The notes beneath the pieces were generated by a model. That model was not told where the DNA came from and made no database searches. It worked only from the letters and a program-made list of their open reading frames with translations. A program made the position numbers and the translations under genes. A stretch of 63,804 bases of DNA, filler included, from Hyphochytrium catenoides (Eukaryota; Protista; Hyphochytriomycota), in NCBI GenBank assembly GCA_900088475.1. It is 9 parts of 9 records of this genome, joined end to end, with 100 filler letters (N's around TTAATTAATTAA, not from the genome) between each part and the next. Parts side by side here need not be neighbours in the genome. Positions count along the whole stretch, not along the records: positions 21,578 to 30,676 come from FLMG01000760.1; positions 30,777 to 33,081 come from FLMG01004488.1; positions 33,182 to 38,066 come from FLMG01000795.1; 6 more parts are not named here. One strand, given 5' to 3'. This document shows positions 24,451-35,880 of this stretch, in pieces (position 1 is the first letter of the stretch; each line of letters opens with the position of its first letter).

Positions 24451-25792
24451 TTACACTGCATCTGTCTCCGTCACTTTGACCCGGGACTTTATGATGACGC
24501 AATCCTCTGGGTGCCTGACGCTCGAGTAGATAAGCTTGAGCATCATGATACACACTGTGTAGCCGCGATTGAGGCAGAAGTCCTTGACGGATAAGCTTAA
24601 GCTGGTATTCGACTTGTCGCTACACTCTTGGCCCTCCCCTCTTCTCTCTACCATCATGCCTTCGACGAGATCAAGCCGATAGGGTTTGAAGCTGCTGGAG
24701 CTCTCTGTGTAAATCAGTGTCAAAAGAGCTATGAAGCCCAACGTGTTGAACAACTGAACGTAGCGAAGACGAGGCTTGTCTCGGACAGGAAAGGTGTCGT
24801 AGAACAAGAAAATGCAGCAAAAGCCACCAAAGACTCCTAAGGGCTGCCAGTCCACTGCGTACAGAATGGCCAAGGAGCACGAAGTAACAGCTGCAGCAAA
24901 GGAACATCTCTACCATTAGTATCGCCGTCTCATACATGCGACCGCAGCGCCGTAGCATGGTCCAGTTCATCACAGAGATGAAGCTCAGGCACAACCAAGC
25001 GACGGCGAGGACAAAAGCACAAGCCACGGCGCCCTGCAGGGCAGCATTTCTCTCTATCATATCAGCAGGTGGACCGAAGTTGATAGAAAAGCCACTTAGC
25101 CATGCGACGACGCTTGTGAACCATAATGCCGCTCCTTCATAGTTCTGGCTGAATTTTCTCCAACGTCGCGAAGCTGTTTGTCCTACGAGCTTGTCCATCA
25201 CCGTCTCATTGCTGTCTCTTAGCGAAAGCTCTGTGGTCGAAAAGGTTGCAGATAACGTTGTAATGTGTAGACGTGCATCCTGGACTCCTCTAAGCTTCTC
25301 CGCCGTGAAGGGTTGCTGCTGCTGCTGCCTTTGTCCGTCGAGATCCTGCGATGCTGACTTCTGTTCGCTTTCTCGCCGCGAAGAGCGAGTGGCAGTAGCA
25401 GCTCTATATAGACTGCTTGCCTTCATCACTTCTGTATACATCTGCTGCCCAGTTTCCTTCGACTCTTCAGCCATGAGAGAAGAGGACAACCGTACTGCAG
25501 ATGCTGTCATGTCTTTGGGGTTGGACGATGGAGTTTGTGCCTCGTTAGCCTTTAGAGTGTGGAGAGTGTTAGGCAGCAGGACCATAGGCCTACTCACCAT
25601 GGCGGTATCTATAGCAACCCTGAGCTCCAGCAGGAATTGCCTCGCCCGCTCGTCCAGGCGAGGAGGCGGGCCACTAAGCAGGTACGATAGTAGTGGCTGA
25701 CCCAACTGGAGGACAGGAGAGATGCTAAAGCCATCAACAGCTGAAGGAGACTTAACTTTGACTTCGTTATAAAGATCAATGATCTCCATCAT
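24451..25792 (-). CDS. Uncharacterised multi-pass membrane protein, paralog B, interrupted by a +1 frameshift (pseudogene, assembly error or recoding)
   Basis: ORFs 24671-25822 and 24451-24873 overlap in different frames. Joined with a +1 shift they are colinear with paralog A (EMFL...FYDTFPV vs ELFL...LYDAIPV; KLIYSSVRHPEDCVIIKSRV). Confidence 0.8.
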
Positions 25793-28163
25793 GGCTCCCA
25801 GCGTTCTTAATAGAAGAAGCACGACACAAGAACTCGACTTATGACTCTCCAGAAAATGATACCGCTGTCTCCAGGCCTGCGGATCATCTGAGCTCCCGTC
25901 TCGAAAAACTTACATAGTAGAAGGGCTTCACTTAGTAGGAAATGCAAAGGCTCATGCACCACCGCTCGCGGCCCGTCACCAAGGACGGAAGTGTTAGTGC
26001 GCGAAGCCGCTTTGGCTGCATCCACCTTGCTTTGTGATAGTCTCATCAATGGCTTCTTCAATCAGAGGACCGACCTCGATGGCAACTTCTTCAGTCACGT
26101 TGCTGCTTCCAGCATCATCATGTGGCATGCAACGAAGTCCGCGCCAGTGCTGGGAGAAGAGAAAGGTGTGCCCCGTTGTCCACCTCAGTTGTGGACCTTG
26201 AGGACGGAGTCGTGCTTACATCTTCGGTGGCGCTGCTGCAGGTTAATAATCGACTGATCTTTGACAGAGCCTTAGTTTATAGCACTGCACAGCCTAGAGC
26301 TTAGGCTTGAAAACAGACCAACAAATGCAAGAGGAGACCCTTTCAGCATCCGTTTCGTGGAAGAATATTGCCCCAAAAATAGATAGGAAAGTGCTCATCT
26401 GTTCAGGGTCTCGGTCATGGTCTCGATGACGAAGAGTAATGCGCTGTTATTATTAGTTAGGGCCCAGCACCACTACCATCTGCATCCATTGATTGGGACA
26501 TTATCATCAGTGCCCTAACGTGCTAGGGATTGTAAGCCTTTCCTACTCCGCAGCCGCACAGCTTTCATCATTCGGTAGTGTGGGGTGGGCCAGCGTGGTG
26601 GGTCCATTAGTAGTACTTGGAGAGGGACACCGAGGGAGAGATCTCTCGACCATGGTGCACGATGATGGGCGGATCCTCCTCGGGCCGCTAACTTAGCGCT
26701 CCACTTATACCTCCTCACATCTAAGGAGAACAGAGCGCTGAGCAGCCAGCCTACTTACCTCTTAGGATACGCTTTTAACGCCAGCAGCTAGCGTTATCCT
26801 TTCCCACCGGGGCAGTGCTGTTAGTCGTTGAGTCATCAGGTTATGGCTGCACTAATGTTCCCTTAAAGAGGAAGAGCAACACTTACCATGGCGGCCGCAG
26901 GCAAGAGCGCGCGGGAGAGACTGGTAGAGGAGAGCAACAAGATGATGAGACCGGACCGCTGTTTTGGGTCCTCCTTCCAGGATGTTCCAAAGGATCATCA
27001 TGTACCTTGTCCGCTGCCATCAACAAGCCATGGTCTGCCATCGTGGGCAAATGCTAAACAGACCCGTGTGCTCGCTCGCTTATCATAAGAGGCCTACCCG
27101 TCACAGAAGCAGCTCTGCTCTTGAGTAACGCTCTTGTGCTTCACAAGCGACACTACTCCTCTAGCAAGCAGCAACAACGCTCTCTACACCTTCGTGTGAT
27201 GCGCTGGGCCATGACATGAACGACCATCTTCAACGGTAATAGCCAGCCTGACAGAGGGCGCAGCAGACCTCTACTCAAGTCCTGTGCTCATGGTACTAGT
27301 CCTCCTGCTTATCTTGACGTTACGGTCGTTCCCTAGCAGCTCAAAGGAAGAGAACCGAAGAGGCTGCGGAAGTGTACTATCATCATTAGTTCTTCCCCTC
27401 AGTATGCTCAGATTGCCGGCAGTGCGGATTCTGTCTACTAGCTTAGTACAGAGTTGAAGACAGAAAGAAAGGAGAGAGCTTTAACAGATCCTACGTCGCC
27501 TAGTAGCCATATAATGAAAGCCTGAAGGCAACCGATGATCTCTCGTGACTGCGTTCTGTTGAGGTTTAGTTCGAGTCCCTCTACCTTCGGTTGTCTGATG
27601 TGGAGTCTATATTTGATACCACAGTCACTTTCATCAATCAACATGGGTCGATTGTTAGCCTTCTTCGTACGCGGCCATGGTTGTCGCTTTCGGTAGCATG
27701 CTTACAACGGGCTGACTGGCTACTGGGACTTCTTGACATAAGGAGGTAGACAGATGCCAATTGAGAGTCGCTGAACTCTGTAGTGGAGTTCTTGGAACCT
27801 GGTGTCATCCCGATTTCCCGTCCATTGACAGACTGACCGGCTTTGCTTCTCGGATACTCTAAGCAGTGCCCTGTTAGGTTTTTGGCAGGGCTCTAGGTTG
27901 TGGGTTCCGGCCTAGCACTTTGAAGCGGATAGATAGTTACTGTTCATCATCTCCTCCAGCTTTGGCGCACCAGCTACGCAGAGAGCTTTACGATCCGTCA
28001 GTCCACCTCGTTGCTCTCATCAAAGCTGTCCTCCTCTCCCTCTGACACTTGCCAAAGCCCCACTTCGAGAGATGAGACTGGCCACTTTAACATCTTCACA
28101 GAAGTGGCTACCTGCTTGGAAACATTGAGATTAGCCTAAAGTAGTCAACTCGCAGAAAGGAGT

Positions 28164-29249
28164 CTACTGAGAACCGGCAGGCGGCTTATGGCTCAAAAGG
28201 TAAGCTGAGGTGGGTCCTTCCAGCACTAGAACGCCTACCTGCGCTGCTCTATGTCGGAACGACTTCGTTATCTTGGTGGACCGGATGTCTGAACCGGCAT
28301 CTTCTCCTTCATCGTCATCGTCTGAGCTAACAATGTATAAAGTACCTGCATCCGTTCCTGGGGGCCCGAGGTGGAGAACGAAAGCGTTGGGCTGGCAGTT
28401 TGGACCGGCCTTTGCAGCGCGGGGAAGGCTTCCTCTTTTGAGGATCAACGGGATCTTTTGTCCTTCCCTTACTCTGAAGTCATCTTCCATAGTCTCTCTT
28501 TTGACTGCCTTGGTCCTTATGGCAGAAGACAGTTTCTTGCTTCTTGGCACATCCTCTTCTGCACCAGCTTGAAAGGCATAGTGAAAGTGAAACTTGCAAA
28601 TGCCATTAGAGCGCTTTGTCTTGGTATCACAACCATGTACACGGCACAGCTCCGGAGTAACCCTCCCGCCGTGAGCCATACAGAGTCCTAAGGCTACTCG
28701 ATGCTTCCCACAGCCAGGAAATGAGCATTTCTTCACCTTTGCTCCGTGTCTCACGCAGATGCCCTTGACCGCTGCGATATTCTTGCAGCCAGAGACTCGA
28801 CAAGGAACTCTCTTAGCGCCGTGGGCGAAGCAAAGGCCACTATTCTGGACAACTTTGGGACATCCAGTCACTTGGCAAAGGCGCCTTCTCTTTTTGGGCC
28901 TACTACGACGGCTGTTCTTGTTAGAGCAAGCTGCTGAGATCCCCACTTGCACCTGCTGTATCCTGCCCTTTTTGGAGTACCTATGAGGATGCTTTGTGCC
29001 ACCAGTAGTTGATCGCTTGGGGCGACTCATAAACGCTTCCCGCTTGTCGGCGGACGAGGTCGATATTCGGCCAGCTCTACTAGCAGTTTTTTTCTGCCCA
29101 GTTTGGGTGCGGCGCTCCTCGAGCTTGGGCCGTATGCGCCGACAGTGGCTCCGGTCGCGAACTGCTCCTTCATCCCTATTTTGACAGGCTCTGTCGGTTC
29201 GAGTGGCGGCGTCTCCTTGCCTCTGCTCGCTGCGACTGCCTCTCTGCAT
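28164..29249 (-). CDS. Protein with four C-x4-C-x9/10-C-x2-H repeats (WRKY19-like zinc fingers), putative nuclear regulator
   Basis: Repeats CQVTGCPKVVQNSGLCFAHG, CRVSGCKNIAAVKGICVRHG, CSFPGCGKHRVALGLCMAHG, CRVHGCDTKTKRSNGICKFH. NLS-like RPKKRRR precedes them. 5' end uncertain. Confidence 0.82.
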   Translation of the reverse strand: MQRGSRSEQRQGDAATRTDRACQNRDEGAVRDRSHCRRIRPKLEERRTQTGQKKTASRAGRISTSSADKREAFMSRPKRSTTGGTKHPHRYSKKGRIQQVQVGISAACSNKNSRRSRPKKRRRLCQVTGCPKVVQNSGLCFAHGAKRVPCRVSGCKNIAAVKGICVRHGAKVKKCSFPGCGKHRVALGLCMAHGGRVTPELCRVHGCDTKTKRSNGICKFHFHYAFQAGAEEDVPRSKKLSSAIRTKAVKRETMEDDFRVREGQKIPLILKRGSLPRAAKAGPNCQPNAFVLHLGPPGTDAGTLYIVSSDDDDEGEDAGSDIRSTKITKSFRHRAAQVGVLVLEGPTSAYLLSHKPPAGSQ

Positions 29250-29605
29250 ATTGCTCGAGTCCCGCACCTCCTCCTCGAGCTTCTACTCTTTCTGTTCTCC
29301 ACCGCCTTCGCGAACCGTTGCTGAGCGTCGTCACTAAGTCTCTCCTTCTTGCCGCTGTCTCTGTCTTGCTGCTGACAATCTGATGCCCTCGATGAGTCTC
29401 CTCGCCCTCGTCAACCTTCCTGCTGCTTCTGACCTCTGACTGACTCTTTATAACCTGGATGATCCGTCATTGTCATCGTCCTCGTCCTTTTGTTACAAGT
29501 TCCTAACAAGGAGCGAACAGCAACTGACAAAGAAGACCTCCGTTCCGACATTCAGACCTACCCTTGGACAATGGCATACCAGGACATGGCTTTACAAGTA
29601 GCTTT

Positions 29606-29656
29606 TACAAGTACAAGTACAAGTACAAGTACAAGTACAAGTACAAGTACAAGTAC
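29606..29656. repeat. (TACAAG)8.5 hexamer array
   Basis: Perfect tandem units read directly. Confidence 0.95.
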
Positions 29657-29799
29657 CTGACCTAATGATCTTGGATAGAACTATGGCCACTTCACCACCT
29701 AAAAGTCGAACTAAGTGCTAGCCGTAATCACTGTCTGTTGGCTGTACTTGCAACTTGCTACTTTTTCTACCTATGAAGTTGTGACTGTACCTGATGACT

Positions 29800-30676
29800 A
29801 TGGTTTTACCGTTTTACACCTTCACACGAGAGTCTCTATGGCGATCCATGAAGAAAACGCCCTTCAGAATTGAAGTGTATTCTTCCTCTTTATAAGCAGC
29901 TGGACCTTTCTCTTGTTTGCCTCGCGGTGTTTGAAGTTGATGGTGATGACTTTGTGGTTGGTGGTTCACCTCCCTCCTCCTTCTCCCCTGATAATCACTG
30001 AAGAGATCAACTTATGATTCTTCTTTTACTGATGATGAGTGTGGAGGAGAGCGGGCTGAGGCCGAGACCAAGGCGTTATCCTAGCTTTCCTCGTTTCTTC
30101 TTCTTCTTCATCTTTTACTTCTTCTTTTACTCCTTATTTTATCTTAGTTATAGTAGTAGTAGCTATCGATGATTATAGATTATTAACTGCAAGTAATTTC
30201 TTCTTTATTCTTTATTTTTATAAGAAAAAATGGTGGCTTTTAATGCGGTGTGTGTTGATTTTTATCTATGACGACAAGGAAGAAGTGAATGAAGAAGAAA
30301 AGGAAAGAGAAGAAGGAGAAGAAGAAGGAGAAGAAAAGGAATGAGGAGGAGACGAGAGCTACAAAGCTCTGGACTCTTCGACGCGTACAAAACATCAACT
30401 CTGATTCTTCTTTTACTGATGATGAGCAGGGAGCAGGTTCGAGCTGAGATGAGGGAAGAGCCTAAGGCTTCTTTAGCTATTCTTCTCTTCTTCTTCCTCT
30501 TCTTCTTCTTCACTTTCTTCTTCTTCTAGAATTAGTCTGTTAGTAGCAATAGTAGTAGTTCTTCAATATGATTCTATCCATATAACAAAAACCGCTCCTC
30601 CCTGGCTATGCAGCAGTCCACGCTGGCTTTCGAGGCCGTTTGTCTGAGAAAGCGAAGCTCAAGAAATATGAGGTTC
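29800..30676 (+). mobile_element. Cluster of 3' fragments of a CRE-like (RLE endonuclease) non-LTR retrotransposon
   Basis: 29800-30165 and 30393-30560 match the reverse complement of 51795-52200 (CCTTCACACGAGAGTCTCTATGGC, GATTCTTCTTTTACTGATGATGAG, CTT-rich tail). 30595-30676 encodes LPGYAAVHAGFRGRLSEKAKLKKYE, matching 52355-52400. Confidence 0.8.
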
Positions 30677-30776
30677 NNNNNNNNNNNNNNNNNNNNNNNN
30701 NNNNNNNNNNNNNNNNNNNNTTAATTAATTAANNNNNNNNNNNNNNNNNNNNNNNNNNNNNNNNNNNNNNNNNNNN

Positions 30777-32084
30777 CGATATCGTTTCTTCTTTCAAAGG
30801 GCAAGTAGTGTCGGTCTAGAACAGCATTGTTGGTCGGCTAAAGAAACAAGGGTTAGACACGTTAGTATAGGCTAATCTTACCTTGCGGTCTGCATGGGCA
30901 AGATCAGACACAGAAGGCGGGCCTCGCATCACTGAAAAGCGTGGTAACGTCTACGACCACGTGCTAACTCAAATCTATTGAGATTCGTCGTAGATAACAT
31001 GGCACCAGCTAGGAGCACCAGTGATTTATAGGGACAGACCAAGGCAGAGAGAAGGCAGAAAGTATGGCTGCCGTAAAGGTAAGACGACTCTGAGGATGGG
31101 AACTCAGTGTTTGGCGGTAAGTTCTATCCTCAACATGATTACTAGCCCCGCCTAGGGACCCGCCAGCCTTTTGCAGTTGTTGTTGCCTTTCAGCTTGCTG
31201 TCAAGCGTCGCTGGTGCCAGTTTATGCCCCAGCATGTGCCAACATAAGTGCCAAACAGCATAGGTGCTAGCCTACGCTACAGCCTTAATATACTATACGT
31301 GCCAATCTTTTAGGTGTTAGTCTAGGTATCGAGCAGAGGTATACGTACTAGTAGCCTATGTGTCAGCGTAGACGTCCGTCTAGGTACTGCCATAGAAACT
31401 AGTATTGTACGCGACATTCTCAAATGATTCTAGATAGCTGCCTTAGGTGTTAGACTAAACGGCAGTGTTGGGTGCCAGCCTACAGCTTATTAGGTGCCCT
31501 CCTTTGGTGCCAGTCTGCTTCCGGGAGTAGGCGTCAGCCTACCAGGGACTAGCCTAGGTGCCAGCCTTGATGTCAGCATTGACGCCAGCCTTGGGTGCCA
31601 AGCCTTGGCGTCGGACTTACGTGCCACCGGACAACCCATCTAAGTCCTAAGATACGCGTACAGATGAGGTGCAAACTCCTCCGTATTGGTCTAGTAGCTG
31701 TCAGAGGTCCCCTCGTTAGCGCCAGTCATGGTGGTAACCGTGAGGTGGAGCCTAGATACCTGCCTTGATACTACTAGCTTACGCTTCCAGATTAGGTGCA
31801 AACTCTTACGTGTTAGTTTAGTTGCTATAGGCCTCCTACTTAGCGCCAGTCATGGTGGCCAGTGGAGGTGGTGCAGCCTAGGTACCACTTTGATGCCAGC
31901 CTACGACGTGCGAGCGCAGGTGCCAGCCAATAAAGTGCCAGCAGCTTAGAGTTGTCGGTCTCAAATCGCAGCTGTAGGCCGGAAAAGACCATTGTCGGTT
32001 TCAAGATGTATACGCCTTGGAGTTGGTTTTGATGCCGGTCTTGCTGCCAGCCTTAGCAAGTATTAGTCGAACTTGCAGCGTACG
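30777..32084 (+). repeat. Left arm of a large diverged inverted duplication
   Basis: Colinear with the reverse complement of 33182-34309 (shared CAGCATTGTTGGTCGGCTAAAGA, ATGGGCAAGATCAGACACAGAAGGCGGGCCTCGC). Many substitutions and two arm-specific insertions (~31465-31590, ~31908-31970). Confidence 0.92.
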
Positions 32085-32812
32085 TCTCAATCTCTGTACT
32101 AGGGAAAATAGGTATTAGCCTAGGAGCCCACTTGATTGCATGGCGTGGTACCACCGGTAATTGCCCGCTTAGATACCACCCCAAGGTGTCCAGCACCTCA
32201 GATCACCGGCAGTCGAGTCGCAGATGCTTAATTGGCCTCCTTGGCGTCAGCCCCAATGCCAGGATAGGTGGTTGCCTAGGTAGTTATTGTAGGTGCCAGT
32301 CAATTCTTAGTTCCGGCATTAGGGCCAGTACCAGCATTATTGCTGATCTCCTCCCGTCGGTTTTATTAGCGTCAACTTGCCTCAGTGTCGGCCCAGGTGC
32401 CACCCTTAAGATCACACTTAGTTGCTATCCTGCTTAGGTAATAAACCCTAAGACCAAACGGCATGCATATGTAGCAGCTTAGAAGATGCCAAGCCTCATA
32501 CCGGTATTACGTGGAAGCCGACCACATGTCATACTCACTACCAGCCTTAGTTGTCAGCGTAGTTTGTGCTCCAGGCTGGCAGTAGGGCCACACCTAGTGC
32601 TAACCTACTAGGTGTGTGACAATTCCCAGGCTTAGGGCCAGCCTAAATGCCACCCTTAGGTAGTACCGGCTTCGGAGACTACTTGGTTCTTGCTCTTGGT
32701 GTCGACGCCTAGGTCCCTGCGTATTATGTTCTAGTCTACTTGTCAGGCTAGCTGTATCCGGCGTAGTTTTCAGCAAAGATTAATACCAGATTAGTGGAAT
32801 TCCTTCTGCTCA

Positions 32813-32910
32813 CCTGGATGCGTGACAGACCATACAATGTATGACAAGCCTTTGGCTGGGGCCTGGATGCGTGACAGACCATACAATGTATGACAAGCCT
32901 TTGGCTGGGG
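32813..32910. repeat. Perfect 49-bp tandem duplication
   Basis: CCTGGATGCGTGACAGACCATACAATGTATGACAAGCCTTTGGCTGGGG at 32813-32861 and 32862-32910. Confidence 0.95.
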
Positions 32911-33181
32911 GCATCAAACTGGCGCTTGACAAAATTAGCCTAGGAGCTCTCCTTGCCGCTAAGCTGGGTCAAGCTGGAAGAGGCTTTTGGGGGATAGAGA
33001 TCAAGTCGTCGTAGCAGTGGGTTGTATGCACACTCGGCCTAGCGAATGTAGTTGGAGAGCCTCCTGCCTGGTTGGGCCCTANNNNNNNNNNNNNNNNNNN
33101 NNNNNNNNNNNNNNNNNNNNNNNNNTTAATTAATTAANNNNNNNNNNNNNNNNNNNNNNNNNNNNNNNNNNNNNNNNNNNN

Positions 33182-34309
33182 CGTACGCTGCGAGTTCGAC
33201 TAATACTTACTAAGGCTGGCCGCAAGACTGGCATCAAATCCAACACCAGGCGTATACATCTTGACACCGACAATGGTCTTTTCCGGCCTACAGCGTCGTA
33301 GGCTGGCATCAAAAGTTGTACCTAGGCTGCACCACCTCCACTGGCCACCATGACTACTGGCGCTAAGTAGGAGGCCTATAGCAACTAGATCAACAGGTAA
33401 GAGTTTGCAGCTAATCTGGAAGCGTAGGCTAGTAGTATCGAGGCTGGTATCTAGGCTCCACCTCACGGTTACCATCATGACTGGCGCTAAGGAGGGGGCC
33501 TCTGAATGACAACTAGACCAACACGCAGGAGTTTGCAATCACCTGTACGCGTATCTTAGCACTTAGATGGGTTGTCCGGTGTCACGTAAGTCCGACGGCA
33601 AGGCTTGACAACTATTCAGCTCCAAGACTGGCGTTTAATCTAACACCTAAGGCAGCTATCTAGATGTCATTTGAGATTGTCGCGTACAATACTAGTCTCT
33701 ATGCGGTACCTAGCCGTACGCCTACGCTGACGCATAGGCTACTAGTACCTCCGCTTGATACCTAGACTAACACCTAAAAAATTGGCACGTATAGTATATT
33801 AGGGCTGGAACGTAGGCTAGCACCCATGCTGTTTGGCACTTATGTTGGCACATGCTGGCACATAATCTGGCACCAACAAAGGTTGACAGCAAGCTGAAAG
33901 GCATCAACAATTGCATAAGGCTGGCAGGTCCCTAGGCGGGGACAGTAATCATGTTGAGGGTAAACTTACGGCCAAACACTGAGCTCCCATCCTCACCTTC
34001 GTCTTGACTTTACGGTAGCAAATACTTTCTGCCTTCTCTCTCCCTTGGTCTGTCCCAACAAATCACTGGTGCTTCTAGCTGGTGACATGTTACCTACTAC
34101 AAATCTTTATAGATTTGGGTTAGCACGTGATTGTAGACATTACCACGCTTTTCAGTGCCGCGAGGCCCGCCTTCTGTGTCTGATCTTGCCCATGGAGACC
34201 GCAAGGTAAGATCAGTCTATACTAACATGTCTAGCACTTGTGTCTTTAGCCGACCAACAATGCTGCTTTAGACAGACACTATTAGCCCTTTGAAAGGAGA
34301 AACGATACC
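33182..34309 (-). repeat. Right arm of the inverted duplication
   Basis: Reverse complement of 30777-32084. The same degenerate 12-mer (AGGCTGGCACC) reappears from about 34680 to 35290. Confidence 0.92.
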
Positions 34310-35654
34310 GCCCGCTACTTTCTGTAAGGATTGCTACATAAAACTGGGAGGACTGACACAGTCACCTGCGCTAATACGCAGCACATGGCACCAACTGTAT
34401 GATAAGGAAGGCTAAGGTGCTTGTGAACAACTCTACTTGAACAACTACTTACTGCTGAAGTACACGACTCTTCGTGTTGAAGCTGGAGCATGGTACCGCC
34501 TGTATAAAGAGCGTCAGTGCTCATGCTTCTGGACTTAATTGCTTACGACCTAACGGTACTGGTCCAAGCTTATCAAGAAAGACCAAGGACCTCCATCTCT
34601 TATTACGCACCCAGAATGCTTTAATATTTGGCGGATGACAATGTTCCTTTTTGTCTCTTGTGATGTCATGACAATCCCCCAAAGGCTGGTACCTAGGCTG
34701 GATCATCGTAGGGCTGGCTCTGAGACTGGGAACCTAAGCGCGGACCAAGGCAGTAAGCATCGCTGGCACCAAGCGGGATCTAACAGAATTCTCGTCAAAG
34801 AGGGCACTTATGCTGGCTTTCAGGCTGGCACCTAGACTGGGTAGCTGGCCACATGCGGCGACCCCTACCTTCAATTACACGAGCATTTAAGGCAGGCATA
34901 GAAGGCTGGCTTAAAGGTGGCTATCAAGGCGGATCTCTAGCCAGCTAAGGCTGCATCTATGGCTGTCCCAGGCTATCGCTTTAGGCTTAGGCTGAGACGG
35001 TGGCATCTTCAGCCTATCCCAGCGCTTGCGGTTGTCAACTTTTTAGGTGGGATGTGCCTAAGGTTTGCACAATGACTGGGGCCAGGCTACCATGAAAGAT
35101 GGCACTTATAGCCGGCAGCAAGACTGGCACCAACGCGGGCACCACGCGGGCACCATTGCCGGCACCAAAACACTTATCAGGGCTGGCGTCTACTTGCAAT
35201 ATAGTGCGGTCGCTGGAATCAAGACTGACACTAAGCGGGGACGACGTAGACTGGCACCGTAGCTGCGCTGGTACCTGACCTGAAACCTTTTAGTTGCATG
35301 CTGATTGAGAGATACTGCTGGATTTCTGCTCTTCGTAGGAGAATGATGTATGAATGAATTGATCAACTGACAAGTGCTCATCAAGCTCTTGCCTAGAGTT
35401 CTTATAGCTAACGTACCAAAGTTCCTACCTATGAGCTATCACCACTGAGCTACCTCTTATACCCTTTAAGTCCTTATATAAGAGTGCAACAAACGTAAGT
35501 AAGACAGTAGTAAGGGACAGAAGCAGCTTTACGCTACTGATCATGAAGCCTTCCAGCAGATAAACCAAGAGCAGCCTAACAGACCAGGAGCGGAGCTTGT
35601 TTCTTGAGAGAGGAGGCAAGAAGGATGAGAGAGAATAGGAAAGAGAGAGTGGGA

Positions 35655-35880
35655 GGAGAGAGAAAAGAGAGAATTATAGGTGAGACGGGAGAGAGAAAGA
35701 GGGAGTTGAAGACAGAGAAAGAGGGAGATGAAGAGAGAGAAAGAGGAAGAGAGAAACAAGAAAAAGAAGAGGAGGGCAGACGCCGACCAAAGGGCCATAG
35801 TGCCAGGATCAAAAGGCTTGCCAACCATCATAGGTAGTGCTTGGAACCACGAGCCTGTGCCTGCTTAGCGTTAGGGTTAA
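35655..35880 (+). repeat. Dispersed repeat copy 1, ending in GCTTAGCGTTAGGGTTA
   Basis: Homologous to the reverse complement of 62930-63140 (AAGAAAAAGAAGAGGAG-GCAGACGCCGAC, ATCAAAAGGCTTGCCAAC-ATCATAGGTAGTGCTTG, TGCCTGCTTAGCGTTAGGGTTA). Confidence 0.88.

Noticed and set aside
29606-32910. CRISPR-like reading of the short repeats
   Set aside because: There is no repeat-spacer alternation and no cas genes, and the context is eukaryotic.
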